A stretch of DNA of 51,301 bases from a virus. Taxonomy: Duplodnaviria; Caudoviricetes. Below are positions 8,699-17,578 of this stretch, piece by piece. The translations under genes were made by a program, and so were the position numbers. The DNA lies in IMG/VR virus record IMGVR_UViG_3300044606_000240, positions 1-51,301 of that record; one strand, given 5' to 3'. Every line of letters starts with the position of its first letter. Positions within the stretch are counted from its first letter, which is position 1. The notes under the pieces were generated by a model. That model did no database searches. It had not been told where the DNA came from and worked only from the letters and a program-made list of their open reading frames with translations.

Positions 8699-9860
8699 GA
8701 GTTTCTTCCTTCAATTTAGTATAAAAGTTTACCATATCTTCATATTTATCTTTATGAAACCAGCTATGATATTGTTCACTATACTTACAGTCTTCTTTAT
8801 GATAAATATTATCATTCCAGAGAATTTCTATAGTATCTTCTTCGTATATATAAGCATTATAAAAATCACTCCAGACACAGAGATCATTATGCCATGTACC
8901 TTCTCTGCCAATACAGTAAGAATAATATTCATTCTCACAGTTTTCGCATGCCCATTGTCCATCCGTCATTTGTTCAGTGTCCCGGGTCTCGCCACAGAAC
9001 TGGCATATATGAGTTTGATATTCATCCTCTTTGAAATTAGCATCTACTTCATTTACACGATTAATAATAGATTGTTCACCAAGTATATAACCTTTTCCGC
9101 CATTATTTATATAAAGCAGACCATCTGCCTGGCCTTCATTAAGGAAAGCAATTTCTTTATATGAAGTACCTAAATAAAGAGAAGCTATTCTGGTTAACTG
9201 GAGAAGAGAATTATTCTGTAATGCAGAATTATTTCTTGCATAGCCATTAAACATAACAATATTATTTTTGTATGGAAATATCCATGCTCTTGCCATACCA
9301 TAGTCTTTATCTTCGGTGAGAATAAGATCAGTTGGTGTAAGTTTAGGATTATCATGCAATGCTTGCCTGGCTTTATCCGACCAGACTCTAAAGCACCAGA
9401 AACCATTATTAGCCATTAACATTCTTGCTCCGTTCCTTTCAGACCAAAAACAGCTGTTAGAATCTTCAAACATGCCTCTGTTCCACCATTCCATTTTTGG
9501 TTTTAGTGGCACAAAATCACATAGCAGGTTTTGTTTATCTATATGATAATTTTTCAACATAGTGCCTATTTCGCTTAGTATAGATGGTTCAAGTTTAATC
9601 TGATACTCTTTATAAAGAGCAGCAGCTATACGCTTGGTAAGAGTACCCCTTGTAGTTTTCCATACCCACTCTATATTTTTATCTAATGTTATAATGCTTG
9701 ACAAAAATGTAGTTAGAGTCATATCAGGTACCAGATTCAGATATTCAAGAATTTTAATAATTACTTTTTCTTTTCCTTCATCAACTACCATATCATCCGG
9801 TAATTGAATTTTAATAAATTTATTAATATGTTTGTTGAGAGTGTCAACAATAGAAGACAT
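8688..9860 (-). CDS. conserved phage protein with C-terminal Cys-rich repeats
   Basis: SCFW, ARAWI, LYIN motifs; CxxC pairs; overlaps peptidase gene. Confidence 0.7.
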   Translation of the reverse strand: MSSIVDTLNKHINKFIKIQLPDDMVVDEGKEKVIIKILEYLNLVPDMTLTTFLSSIITLDKNIEWVWKTTRGTLTKRIAAALYKEYQIKLEPSILSEIGTMLKNYHIDKQNLLCDFVPLKPKMEWWNRGMFEDSNSCFWSERNGARMLMANNGFWCFRVWSDKARQALHDNPKLTPTDLILTEDKDYGMARAWIFPYKNNIVMFNGYARNNSALQNNSLLQLTRIASLYLGTSYKEIAFLNEGQADGLLYINNGGKGYILGEQSIINRVNEVDANFKEDEYQTHICQFCGETRDTEQMTDGQWACENCENEYYSYCIGREGTWHNDLCVWSDFYNAYIYEEDTIEILWNDNIYHKEDCKYSEQYHSWFHKDKYEDMVNFYTKLKEETHAT

Positions 9861-9997
9861 AATCTTACTCCATTATTAGTAGAATTGAATGAATAATATA
9901 TATCTAACTCCTGTTGAGTTATTGTTTATTTACGATGAATGTATTGTTATAGATTTGTATAAAGTGCAGGTTATATCGAATCCAATGAGGGGATTAA

Positions 9998-10246
9998 TTA
10001 TCTTAAATTAAAGACTACAGGAATGTAGTCATCATTCCAGATTGTCCTATATTGATATAGTATTTCTTTTATATTTCCTTCTCTGATTACAACATCTTCC
10101 TGATTATATGCAATATCAATTGTAAATGGAGGATGCAAATAAATACTATACTCGTTTATTTTAAAATTATCAGGTAGTATGTCCAAAACATTTTTCATTG
10201 TATCCATATCTTTTGCTTCTATTAATATTATTATATCCTTATTCAT
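9998..10246 (-). CDS. small paralogous-family protein (array 2)
   Basis: MNKDIIILIE...VLDILP. Confidence 0.65.
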   Translation of the reverse strand: MNKDIIILIEAKDMDTMKNVLDILPDNFKINEYSIYLHPPFTIDIAYNQEDVVIREGNIKEILYQYRTIWNDDYIPVVFNLR

Positions 10247-10478
10247 ACGTACCTTTCCAGATAATATACGGACGGTTTATTGCTTTATAGTATTGAAGTA
10301 CTTTTTCTATGCCTTTTGAAGGATAACAATAAAATTCAATACATGGTATAAATGGCCTTAATGCAGCATAATCATATTTTTCTCCACAATAACTATCTGA
10401 ATAATAACTATTTGGCAACACTGTAATTAATTTTGTAACATCAGGATTCTTAATAATAATAGTAAAATCTTTTTTCAT
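10239..10478 (-). CDS. small paralogous-family protein (array 2)
   Basis: MKKDFTIIIK...ITVLP; resembles 9998 ORF (I.EILYQY vs IEKVLQYY). Confidence 0.65.
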   Translation of the reverse strand: MKKDFTIIIKNPDVTKLITVLPNSYYSDSYCGEKYDYAALRPFIPCIEFYCYPSKGIEKVLQYYKAINRPYIIWKGTYE

Positions 10479-10744
10479 TTTACCTCCAGATTACTTATAT
10501 TCCAACAATGTTGTTTTATCCATACTTCATTTAATGCATAATCTATATATATTTCTTCCATACGTTTCCCGTTGTCTATATATATTGGGATTATTAACCA
10601 GATAGCCATATAAAAACCGGAATCTAATATGTCCTTCATATAGCTTTGTAATTCATTCTCCCAAATTAGTCCCACATTTTTAATTACCTGTATTAAAATA
10701 TTCAGATGCTGCTTGCTTTTGATTTTTATAGCCAGATATTTCAT
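10475..10744 (-). CDS. small paralogous-family protein (array 2)
   Basis: MKYLAIKIKS...VIKNVGLIW...W.KQHCWNISNLE. Confidence 0.75.
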   Translation of the reverse strand: MKYLAIKIKSKQHLNILIQVIKNVGLIWENELQSYMKDILDSGFYMAIWLIIPIYIDNGKRMEEIYIDYALNEVWIKQHCWNISNLEVK

Positions 10745-11004
10745 GATAACTCCAAATGAGATAAATTAATACAATTATCTGCTTCCCATGCAGGCGTATT
10801 ACACCAGCACATTTCTTTTTCTGATAATGGAGTAAAAATAGAATTTAATATTGGCATACATAAATAAATTGTATTCCGGTAATCATGTTCTTCAAATTTA
10901 AGTGTGAGTCCCAAAGAAAATTTATATCCCAGAGAAGATAATATATGTTTAATAAGCATGTATTGTCTAAATGAATCAATAGTAAATGAAAAATATTTTT
11001 TCAT
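10741..11004 (-). CDS. small paralogous-family protein (array 2)
   Basis: MKKYFSFTIDS...ILSSLGYKF...W..DNCINLSHLE. Confidence 0.75.
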   Translation of the reverse strand: MKKYFSFTIDSFRQYMLIKHILSSLGYKFSLGLTLKFEEHDYRNTIYLCMPILNSIFTPLSEKEMCWCNTPAWEADNCINLSHLELS

Positions 11005-11255
11005 ATTCGCTCCAAATGAGTAACATCAATACAGTGTTTATTTTGCCATATAGCTGCACAAGCTGGCATAGAACTTACCATGAAATTAAGAAATTGAAGA
11101 TTTATAAAAATACTTTTACCTTTTTTAAGCATTCCCTGATAAAAGTATATTTGTGCTATAGAGAATATTTCTTGTTTTTTAACTTTATGACAAATTTCTA
11201 TTATTGTATTTAATTCTTCTATAGAATAAATTTTAATTGCTAAATATTGTTTCAT
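11001..11255 (-). CDS. small paralogous-family protein (array 2)
   Basis: MKQYLAIKIYS...W..KHCIDVTHLE. Confidence 0.75.
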   Translation of the reverse strand: MKQYLAIKIYSIEELNTIIEICHKVKKQEIFSIAQIYFYQGMLKKGKSIFINLQFLNFMVSSMPACAAIWQNKHCIDVTHLERI

Positions 11256-11270
11256 AAGAGTTATAATTAA

Positions 11271-11294
11271 GGGGCATATATTACTATATACCCC
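11271..11294 (-). terminator. hairpin with GTAA (GNRA) loop
   Basis: GGGGTATATA-GTAA-TATATGCCCC on minus strand downstream of the 11317 ORF. Confidence 0.55.
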
Positions 11295-11316
11295 AAATGA
11301 ATAAGGAGAAATTGAA

Positions 11317-12018
11317 TTATCTTAGATTCATTTTCTGCATTACGGTTATAAGAGAAGCGAAACTAACCATAACACATCCAGCCTCAATCTGGCTTTTATC
11401 ATTTACTGATACTGTAAAGCCAGCAACAACCGGAGCAATAATTTTGGGTTTACTTGCATATACAATAGCATCATCAAATGATTTCCTATTTTCAGTCTTC
11501 GGTGTATCAGTAGCAGCAATATATCCCTTGGCATTAAACCGAATATATTTTCTGTCAAGACTTTCAACTGTCTGTCCATGTGTTTTCCATGTCCAGCCGG
11601 ATGCAAATGCTATATTCTGCAGAATCCTGGATGTTGCAGGATTAACTTCAACATAGAAATCTTCGGGTATTGTACCCGCTTTTATAAAGTCATAAACAGC
11701 TCTAAGTTCACTGGCAGTAACATTATAACCCTGAATAACTATATGATCATTAAAGATATTAACCATATATCCATCAAGATCTGCAGTACCAAGTAATTCG
11801 GATACAGTAAATGGATCTATATTATTTGCTTCAAGAGCTTTTTTCAAACCAGAAGCATCAAACAAATTAGTTCCTATTTCTTTTGCCACAGCTTTTAAAG
11901 CATCTTTTGAGCTATTACCATTCTCAAGTATACTATCAATTGCTGCTTGTGGATTAAGGAAAAAATGTGCAAGTACTTTAGCTTCTGCTGATGTTAAAGT
12001 TAAATTAACATTTATCAT
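11317..12018 (-). CDS. hypothetical protein containing an array-family-like segment
   Basis: internal FYVEV...ILQNIAFASGWTW; AAGGA SD. Confidence 0.75.
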   Translation of the reverse strand: MINVNLTLTSAEAKVLAHFFLNPQAAIDSILENGNSSKDALKAVAKEIGTNLFDASGLKKALEANNIDPFTVSELLGTADLDGYMVNIFNDHIVIQGYNVTASELRAVYDFIKAGTIPEDFYVEVNPATSRILQNIAFASGWTWKTHGQTVESLDRKYIRFNAKGYIAATDTPKTENRKSFDDAIVYASKPKIIAPVVAGFTVSVNDKSQIEAGCVMVSFASLITVMQKMNLR

Positions 12019-12103
12019 ATTATTCCTTATAAAAATTATAATTTATAATTGTTTAATTATTATATATCTCAACAATAGTTGCTATATCTAATCTGCTAAA
12101 ATC

Positions 12104-12667
12104 TTATTCTGCTGTTAAGTAAGTATCTTTGAATTGTTCTCTTTCTGCTTCATGCTTAAACTTATTAATAAGTCCACGGTAGAAGCCTGTTTCTGCTATT
12201 GTAGCTTTTCTGTAATTCTTTAAATTATCAGAATAGGTTTCAGTATCATATCGTTTGTAAAATATAACTATTCCAACCTCATCGTCATTACCTCTTAGCT
12301 CAATATTGCATGCGCACAAAGAACTAACTTTTCCATCTTCACTTATTCCGTCAAACTGGAAAATACGAAAGCTATTTTTTTCTTCTATTACCAGCCAGTC
12401 TCCGGGTTTATAACTATCCAGATCAATTACTGATTGCAAGTATTGAATTGCTTTTTCAATAGAAAAGATTGGAAGATGCTGATGAAAACTATTTTCATTT
12501 TCTCTTAGTATTGAATTATCTGAAAATTCAAGATATGGAAGCAGGATTGTATTGGGCCATTCATTACATACTGCTTTATATCCTGCTTTTTCTCCCAGCT
12601 CTCTTAATTGCATCATGAGAGAGAAATTGTTAAATGTTGGTACTACAAAATTTTGAAGTATTTTCAT
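12104..12667 (-). CDS. hypothetical protein
   Basis: 187-aa ORF; N-terminal FVVP...LGEKAGYK, C-terminal YKPGDW...YRKAT. Confidence 0.7.
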   Translation of the reverse strand: MKILQNFVVPTFNNFSLMMQLRELGEKAGYKAVCNEWPNTILLPYLEFSDNSILRENENSFHQHLPIFSIEKAIQYLQSVIDLDSYKPGDWLVIEEKNSFRIFQFDGISEDGKVSSLCACNIELRGNDDEVGIVIFYKRYDTETYSDNLKNYRKATIAETGFYRGLINKFKHEAEREQFKDTYLTAE

Positions 12668-12684
12668 TTTTATTTCCTGTTAAA

Positions 12685-12954
12685 TTAGTTTATAAATTCA
12701 AGATCAGATATTGCCCAATACCAGGTACTGCTTTCAAGACGAACCAATATTGGAAAGGAATTATCCTGAACAACTTCTACTATTCTTCCAATAGAATAGT
12801 TTTTTGCTTTGATAGTATTCAAAGGTACATCTGCATTTGCAGAATCACAGTTTCGTATATTTTCTTTTATACATATTTTAACTTTTTTATCTATTAAAAC
12901 TTTTTTTAAAATATGTACATAAGGTTTCAGGTCTCTATAAAATTGTTGATTCAT
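12685..12954 (-). CDS. small protein, paralog of 12935-13264
   Basis: shared L..VL..K..K..I, VPL..I.A....IG.I, W...DL.FIN. Confidence 0.75.
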   Translation of the reverse strand: MNQQFYRDLKPYVHILKKVLIDKKVKICIKENIRNCDSANADVPLNTIKAKNYSIGRIVEVVQDNSFPILVRLESSTWYWAISDLEFIN

Positions 12955-13264
12955 TTTGCTCCTTATTAATAAATTTCAAGTCTTCCAGAGGCCACCACCA
13001 CGAATTGATATCACAATCACAAATTTCCCGGGAAATATCAAAGTAAAGCTGGACTGTAATTCCAAATTTAAGATATGAGCTGGATGGAGTATTTATGCTT
13101 TTTATAAATCCTATTTTATTATTGCAAGCTTCTATTACTTTAAGGGGAACAGAATGTTTAAAAGAAACAGACTGACATAAATCTCCCTGTATATTAACTT
13201 TAAGTGGTTTATTTAACAAAACTGACCGAAGTAATTCTGATTGTTGCTCTGTGAATTGTTGCAT
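12935..13264 (-). CDS. small protein, paralog of 12685-12954
   Basis: same motifs as neighbour; GAGG SD. Confidence 0.75.
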   Translation of the reverse strand: MQQFTEQQSELLRSVLLNKPLKVNIQGDLCQSVSFKHSVPLKVIEACNNKIGFIKSINTPSSSYLKFGITVQLYFDISREICDCDINSWWWPLEDLKFINKEQNESTIL

Positions 13265-13292
13265 GATTGCCTCTATTGATATTAAATAAAAG

Positions 13293-13365
13293 TAACTCCA
13301 ACAGGATTTGAACCTATATTATTACCCTGAGAAAGTGAAGTCCTATGCCATTAGACGATTGGTTT
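13293..13365 (-). pseudogene. degenerate tRNA-Glu(CTC)-like element
   Basis: D arm GTCT-AATGGCATA-GGAC, anticodon loop TT-CTC-AG, T arm ATAGG-TTCAAAT-CCTGT; acceptor stem poorly paired. Confidence 0.6.
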
Positions 13366-13629
13366 ATTTATTTGCCCAATAACATATTCAATAAATTGCC
13401 ATACTCTTTTTCTGCTTACATAAGTAAGGTCAATAGCATCAGCTTTCCAGTATTCACAATTTTCTTTTTTAATTCCTTTAGCGGCTAATTCACAGCTATA
13501 TGGAGTATTAAGATCCCATACACAACCTATTTTAAGGAATTGTCCATTATCTGTTGTGCAACCAGCAGTAAATTCAGGGAATACTTTATTGAATTCTTCT
13601 TTAATTTTCTGATAACTATCTTTATTCAT
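13351..13629 (-). CDS. hypothetical protein
   Basis: 92-aa ORF whose stop lies inside the D arm of the tRNA-like element. Confidence 0.65.
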   Translation of the reverse strand: MNKDSYQKIKEEFNKVFPEFTAGCTTDNGQFLKIGCVWDLNTPYSCELAAKGIKKENCEYWKADAIDLTYVSRKRVWQFIEYVIGQINKPIV

Positions 13630-13652
13630 TTTTGTTTGCCTTGTTTATAAAG

Positions 13653-13684
13653 TAACTGCCAGAATCTCCCAAGACTGGCAGTTA
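13653..13684. repeat. 10-bp inverted repeat (hairpin/terminator)
   Basis: TAACTGCCAG-N12-CTGGCAGTTA. Confidence 0.7.
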
Positions 13685-13873
13685 TCCCTAAATATTTTTA
13701 GTTATTTAATTGCAATACCTTCCATTAGTTTGTTATTGGATATTGATTTATTAAAAATAATATGATGGAGCCATGACTAAGTTTACTCGGAGATTTCACA
13801 TTGTTCTGCAATACTTGGTGCACCGTTCTTGCATCTTTTCCTTTCACTGTCTTGCGTCAGAGGACTCCGTCTG

Positions 13874-13946
13874 TAACCCCGAAAGGATTTAAACCTCTGT
13901 TTCCACATTGAGAGTGTGACGTTCTGGATCGCTAAACTACGGGGCT
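13874..13946 (-). tRNA. tRNA-Glu(CTC), non-canonical loops
   Basis: acceptor AGCCCCG/CGGGGTT, D GTTT/GAAC, anticodon TCACA-CTCTCAA-TGTGG, T AGAGG-TTTAAAT-CCTTT; lacks D-loop GG and T-loop TTC. Confidence 0.7.
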
Positions 13947-14042
13947 AAATGTTAAGATTGACTTCCTGGTATATATATAAAAGGAGTGATATTAAATAAT
14001 AAAACAGCTATAATGCTTATTAGCAATAGTATAATAGCAAGC

Positions 14043-14213
14043 TTATAAGTATCCACGGGATTCCATTTCTTTTGCTATATCTTCTGCAACAGCAATTAAT
14101 TCTTTTATAGAAGAATAACCCGGAATAAAATAAGTATTGTTGCTTAAAGCTATAATTAACTGTCTTATTATTTCTTTTTTAAGTTCTGCTTTTCTTTCTT
14201 CTTCGTATGGCAT
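14043..14213 (-). CDS. small hypothetical protein (56 aa, not in ORF track)
   Basis: MPYEEERKAELKKEIIRQL...; starts just after the upstream stop. Confidence 0.55.
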   Translation of the reverse strand: MPYEEERKAELKKEIIRQLIIALSNNTYFIPGYSSIKELIAVAEDIAKEMESRGYL

Positions 14214-14214
14214 A

Positions 14215-14604
14215 TTAAAGCCTGTCTTCTATATTAAGCTGTTCAGATCTTACAACCACAGTATGTCCATAATAACCATTATGAATATTATATACTGTAA
14301 ATTGTAATGTACCCTGAGAAGTTTCTAAATTGACAAATATAACTGCACATTCTTCTTCAGGAAGATCATAAGTCTTTAATTCTGTATCTGTTTTGGTTAT
14401 TCCGAATAATTCTGCTCCGATAAAAGAATTAAGATCATCCTCGGAGGTTAGATATCCCCATTGTTCACAACAGGACTGCTCATTATCAATAAGAATATGA
14501 ATTGTTTGTTTATCAGTAACAATTTCATATCCATCACCCGTACGATGAGTATTAAGATTGTAAGGATAATCAAATACTTCCCGTACTGATTTTATTATTT
14601 CCAT
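14215..14604 (-). CDS. conserved phage hypothetical protein
   Basis: QSCCE.W and YN.HNGYYG motifs; AAGGAG SD. Confidence 0.8.
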   Translation of the reverse strand: MEIIKSVREVFDYPYNLNTHRTGDGYEIVTDKQTIHILIDNEQSCCEQWGYLTSEDDLNSFIGAELFGITKTDTELKTYDLPEEECAVIFVNLETSQGTLQFTVYNIHNGYYGHTVVVRSEQLNIEDRL

Positions 14605-14632
14605 TTAGTTCTCCTTATTTTAAGTAAAAAGT

Positions 14633-14702
14633 AGCAAGTAAACGCAGTGTCTCTTCTGCCGTGCTCTTTAAAACACTCCATTTAATTTATAGTTTACTTG
14701 CT
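14633..14702. repeat. 11-bp inverted repeat with 48-nt loop
   Basis: AGCAAGTAAAC / GTTTACTTGCT; T-tract follows on minus strand. Confidence 0.65.
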
Positions 14703-15081
14703 GATAATAGCTAACAGAATAGTTAAAAGAAAAGAAAGGATAATAGCAAATATATCTTTCATCGGATTGATAGGAATCTACTCTTTTTTGTTTTTAATCC
14801 CCGGATATTAATTATTTAGATTGCTATTCTTTTGAAGAAATTATGAGATGCTGAACTATATACTAATTGATATATATGATTAGGACAGAGTTTAGATAAT
14901 TCAGTAATATTGTGCGGCATACATCTGTCATATTTCTTAGTATGACATTTAGGCTTACTATTGTGTCGGGTAATAAAGTTAACAATATTGTTCATATTGA
15001 TTATTCCTTATGAAAAGTTGTAGTTCCTGGGTGGTATGATTAAAAATAAAGGCAGTTTAACGAGATGCCCGGCTCGGATTG

Positions 15082-15435
15082 TTAATCACTTACCTCATCC
15101 CGCCTATTGAGATGAAAGTAAGGAATTAGAAATAAATTACCTGCCCGCACTTCACGGGCTATTATTTCTAAATTGAAATATGTAGTATTTGTACCTACTA
15201 CATATTTTAAAACGCTATTAGAATCGATGGCAAAAAAGATCACGTTTTCGCCATCGATTCTAATTTTTTGAAGCCAATCCCCTATACGATAGGCTTCAAA
15301 GTTTGAGTAATTGATAACATCACTTGCATATATATGTGGGCAAGTGAGTTTAACCCGCTCATTTTCTGTATGACCACAAGGAAAAGTGGTCATACGCTCT
15401 AAAAAAGCATCGACACTGTAAAGATGTTCACTCAT
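15082..15435 (-). CDS. hypothetical protein
   Basis: 117-aa ORF. Confidence 0.7.
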   Translation of the reverse strand: MSEHLYSVDAFLERMTTFPCGHTENERVKLTCPHIYASDVINYSNFEAYRIGDWLQKIRIDGENVIFFAIDSNSVLKYVVGTNTTYFNLEIIAREVRAGNLFLIPYFHLNRRDEVSD

Positions 15436-15445
15436 TTTATTTCCC

Positions 15446-15895
15446 TCATTGAATTAAATCTGTTGAGTCTATATAGCTAGAAGTTATTGCTTTTTGTAGA
15501 ACCGGGTTTGTCCAGGAAATGTCGATAAGTTCATCTCCCCTGATCTCAAGGACAATGTACTTATCTTTATAGAAGATTACTTTGACCGTAACTTCAGGCC
15601 AAATATATTGACTTATTCCCGTTTCCATACATCCGTTGCCGGATATATGAAACCTATTATCATAAATTTTATATTTTACCTCCAATGGTGTTACCCAGGT
15701 GTTTTGGCAGGTGATTACGTCGTCCTCATGTTTAATTTGTGTATGGACGAAAAAGTTTGGTCTATTAAATTCGTCATAACAAATTGGCTCTTGATATACG
15801 GTATTTAAGAGAGTCACCCCCAACGTTTTTTCGACATCTGCTCTGATGTCGAAACGAAATTTTTCATAACTGCTAATTACGTCTATTGCGTTCAT
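15446..15895 (-). CDS. hypothetical protein
   Basis: 149-aa ORF with AAGGA SD. Confidence 0.7.
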   Translation of the reverse strand: MNAIDVISSYEKFRFDIRADVEKTLGVTLLNTVYQEPICYDEFNRPNFFVHTQIKHEDDVITCQNTWVTPLEVKYKIYDNRFHISGNGCMETGISQYIWPEVTVKVIFYKDKYIVLEIRGDELIDISWTNPVLQKAITSSYIDSTDLIQ

Positions 15896-16025
15896 TTTAT
15901 TATTCCTTTTTGTTTTTTTTTATTTTATTATAGAATGGATTTAGTACAGGTATATTTATATTTAGATTTTAGTAGCATATTGATAATTATTAAGTAAAAA
16001 GACATTATTGATTAAGATGTAGGAA

Positions 16026-16046
16026 AAGAGGGAATAAATCCCTCTT
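16026..16046 (-). terminator. Rho-independent terminator
   Basis: AAGAGGGA-N5-TCCCTCTT plus T-run just after the stop at 16052. Confidence 0.65.
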
Positions 16047-16051
16047 AGAAG

Positions 16052-16297
16052 TTATAATTCTAAAGTTTCAGTTACATTACGATCAACATTATACTGGATT
16101 TGATTTCTCCAGTAAACGCCAGATTGCAATTTAACCTGAAACTTGGCTTCCAGTTTCTCCTTGAGGAGTTCAGCAGTAATACCAGCTTTGCCAAGCTCAC
16201 TGGTATCAATACTGATTTGGTTCCACTGTTTGGATGCAGATGGAACTGTTTCTGGCTGGTTGCCTTTAGAAAGCTTTTTAAACATTAATTTAAACAT
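16052..16297 (-). CDS. hypothetical early protein
   Basis: 81 aa; AAGGAG SD; own terminator. Confidence 0.75.
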   Translation of the reverse strand: MFKLMFKKLSKGNQPETVPSASKQWNQISIDTSELGKAGITAELLKEKLEAKFQVKLQSGVYWRNQIQYNVDRNVTETLEL

Positions 16298-16818
16298 GTT
16301 GAAACTCCTTTCAATTAAGTTTAAAAATCATGCACTGTATTCAATTCAATGCACGCCGTAACATCAGGGGCACTCACGAGCGTAACCGGCATATTCTCTA
16401 TAACTTTTAACTAAGCAGGAATTTTCAACCTAATTCACTTGCCTAACCCGGAAAGCGAGGGGAGTGGGTCAAAGGTATACTTCCCACTCGCATTATATAA
16501 TATAAAACAGGGGTGGTTGCTTACAGGGCAGTATATTCCCAATATACTTATGATCCTGCTGTAAGGCCATATAATTAATCCTGAGGTGGTATATATAGTA
16601 TAAGTACCTGTATTTCTATAAGTATTTATAATATATATACTTAGAATGGGTAAGAGTCCGGTATTTTAGTTAATAAACCGGACATATATCTGATAATTTT
16701 TATTAATTAAGGTATTAACAACCTAAACTAACAGTATGTCAAAGAGCTAAAAAGTATTAAATAGTAATTTTTAATTGGTTTTTAGCTGTTTTTATTAAGT
16801 TTTGTATATATTTTGTAA

Positions 16819-17268
16819 TTATTGTATGCTATTGGATGCAGCCGAAGGCTGCAATTTGAAACATGTACTTATGTTCTCTTTATTCCACTTACCTGACTGT
16901 ATTTGTTTATTTAACTGCCATTTATCAGCATATACTATATTACTAAATTTCATTTGCTGCATACTATCAAGCTGTACTCCACGGTAGTAAATGTTTGTAT
17001 CCAGCTTATTTTTACGTATATAGGCCATATAGTCTTTCTTATTAGCTGCTATTACAAGTATTCTGCTGTTGGCTCTTTGTAATTGTAAAGCTTTATGATA
17101 AGCTTGTTTCTCTTCTTTAGTTCTCTTTCTGACACTTGCTAATAGCTTATTAGCTTCAAGAACTAATTGCTTCCTGTCAGCAGACAAGCCTCTTAATAAC
17201 TCACCTTTATTATAATCAATACCTGTATAAACTCTCATAAATACCTTCCATAATGTTAAATTGGGCAT
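16819..17268 (-). CDS. basic hypothetical protein
   Basis: 149-aa Lys/Arg-rich ORF downstream of the leftward promoter. Confidence 0.55.
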   Translation of the reverse strand: MPNLTLWKVFMRVYTGIDYNKGELLRGLSADRKQLVLEANKLLASVRKRTKEEKQAYHKALQLQRANSRILVIAANKKDYMAYIRKNKLDTNIYYRGVQLDSMQQMKFSNIVYADKWQLNKQIQSGKWNKENISTCFKLQPSAASNSIQ

Positions 17269-17482
17269 AGTATAGCCATTAGACCTAAGTGGTTATATAG
17301 TATGATTTTACCTGAATCATAAAGGGTAATGAGAAGCATTTGACCTACCTAATGCATCCGTCTGGTGGCCAGTACTGGCTGCCTGTCTCATTCCATGTCG
17401 GGTGCCTTGATCCGGCTCGAACTGATACACGAACATGTTTACCACTATTTCAGTGGAAAAGCAGATAAATAAGTTAAAGGCA

Positions 17483-17511
17483 AATATAAGAAAAAATAAT
17501 CTATTTGTCAA
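17483..17511 (-). promoter_or_regulatory. sigma70-type leftward promoter
   Basis: TTGACA-N17-TATATT. Confidence 0.75.
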
Positions 17512-17549
17512 GTACCTCTTAACTTAGATATATTCATTTCAGAGACCAC

Positions 17550-17578
17550 TTGACAATAAAGCTATAAATGCTTATATT
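17550..17578 (+). promoter_or_regulatory. sigma70-type rightward promoter
   Basis: TTGACA-N17-TATATT upstream of first plus-strand gene. Confidence 0.8.

Noticed and set aside
7509-12102. Shared motif TTTTAGCAGATTA near 7511 and inverted near 12089 as a phage promoter
   Set aside because: Only two AT-rich copies, in opposite orientation relative to co-oriented genes
13810-13873. HDV-like theta ribozyme or hammerhead in the tRNA trailer
   Set aside because: Could not build the nested double pseudoknot; no CUGANGA core
17317-17511. 64-aa minus-strand ORF
   Set aside because: Its TTG start is the -35 box of the leftward promoter, so it begins upstream of the predicted transcript
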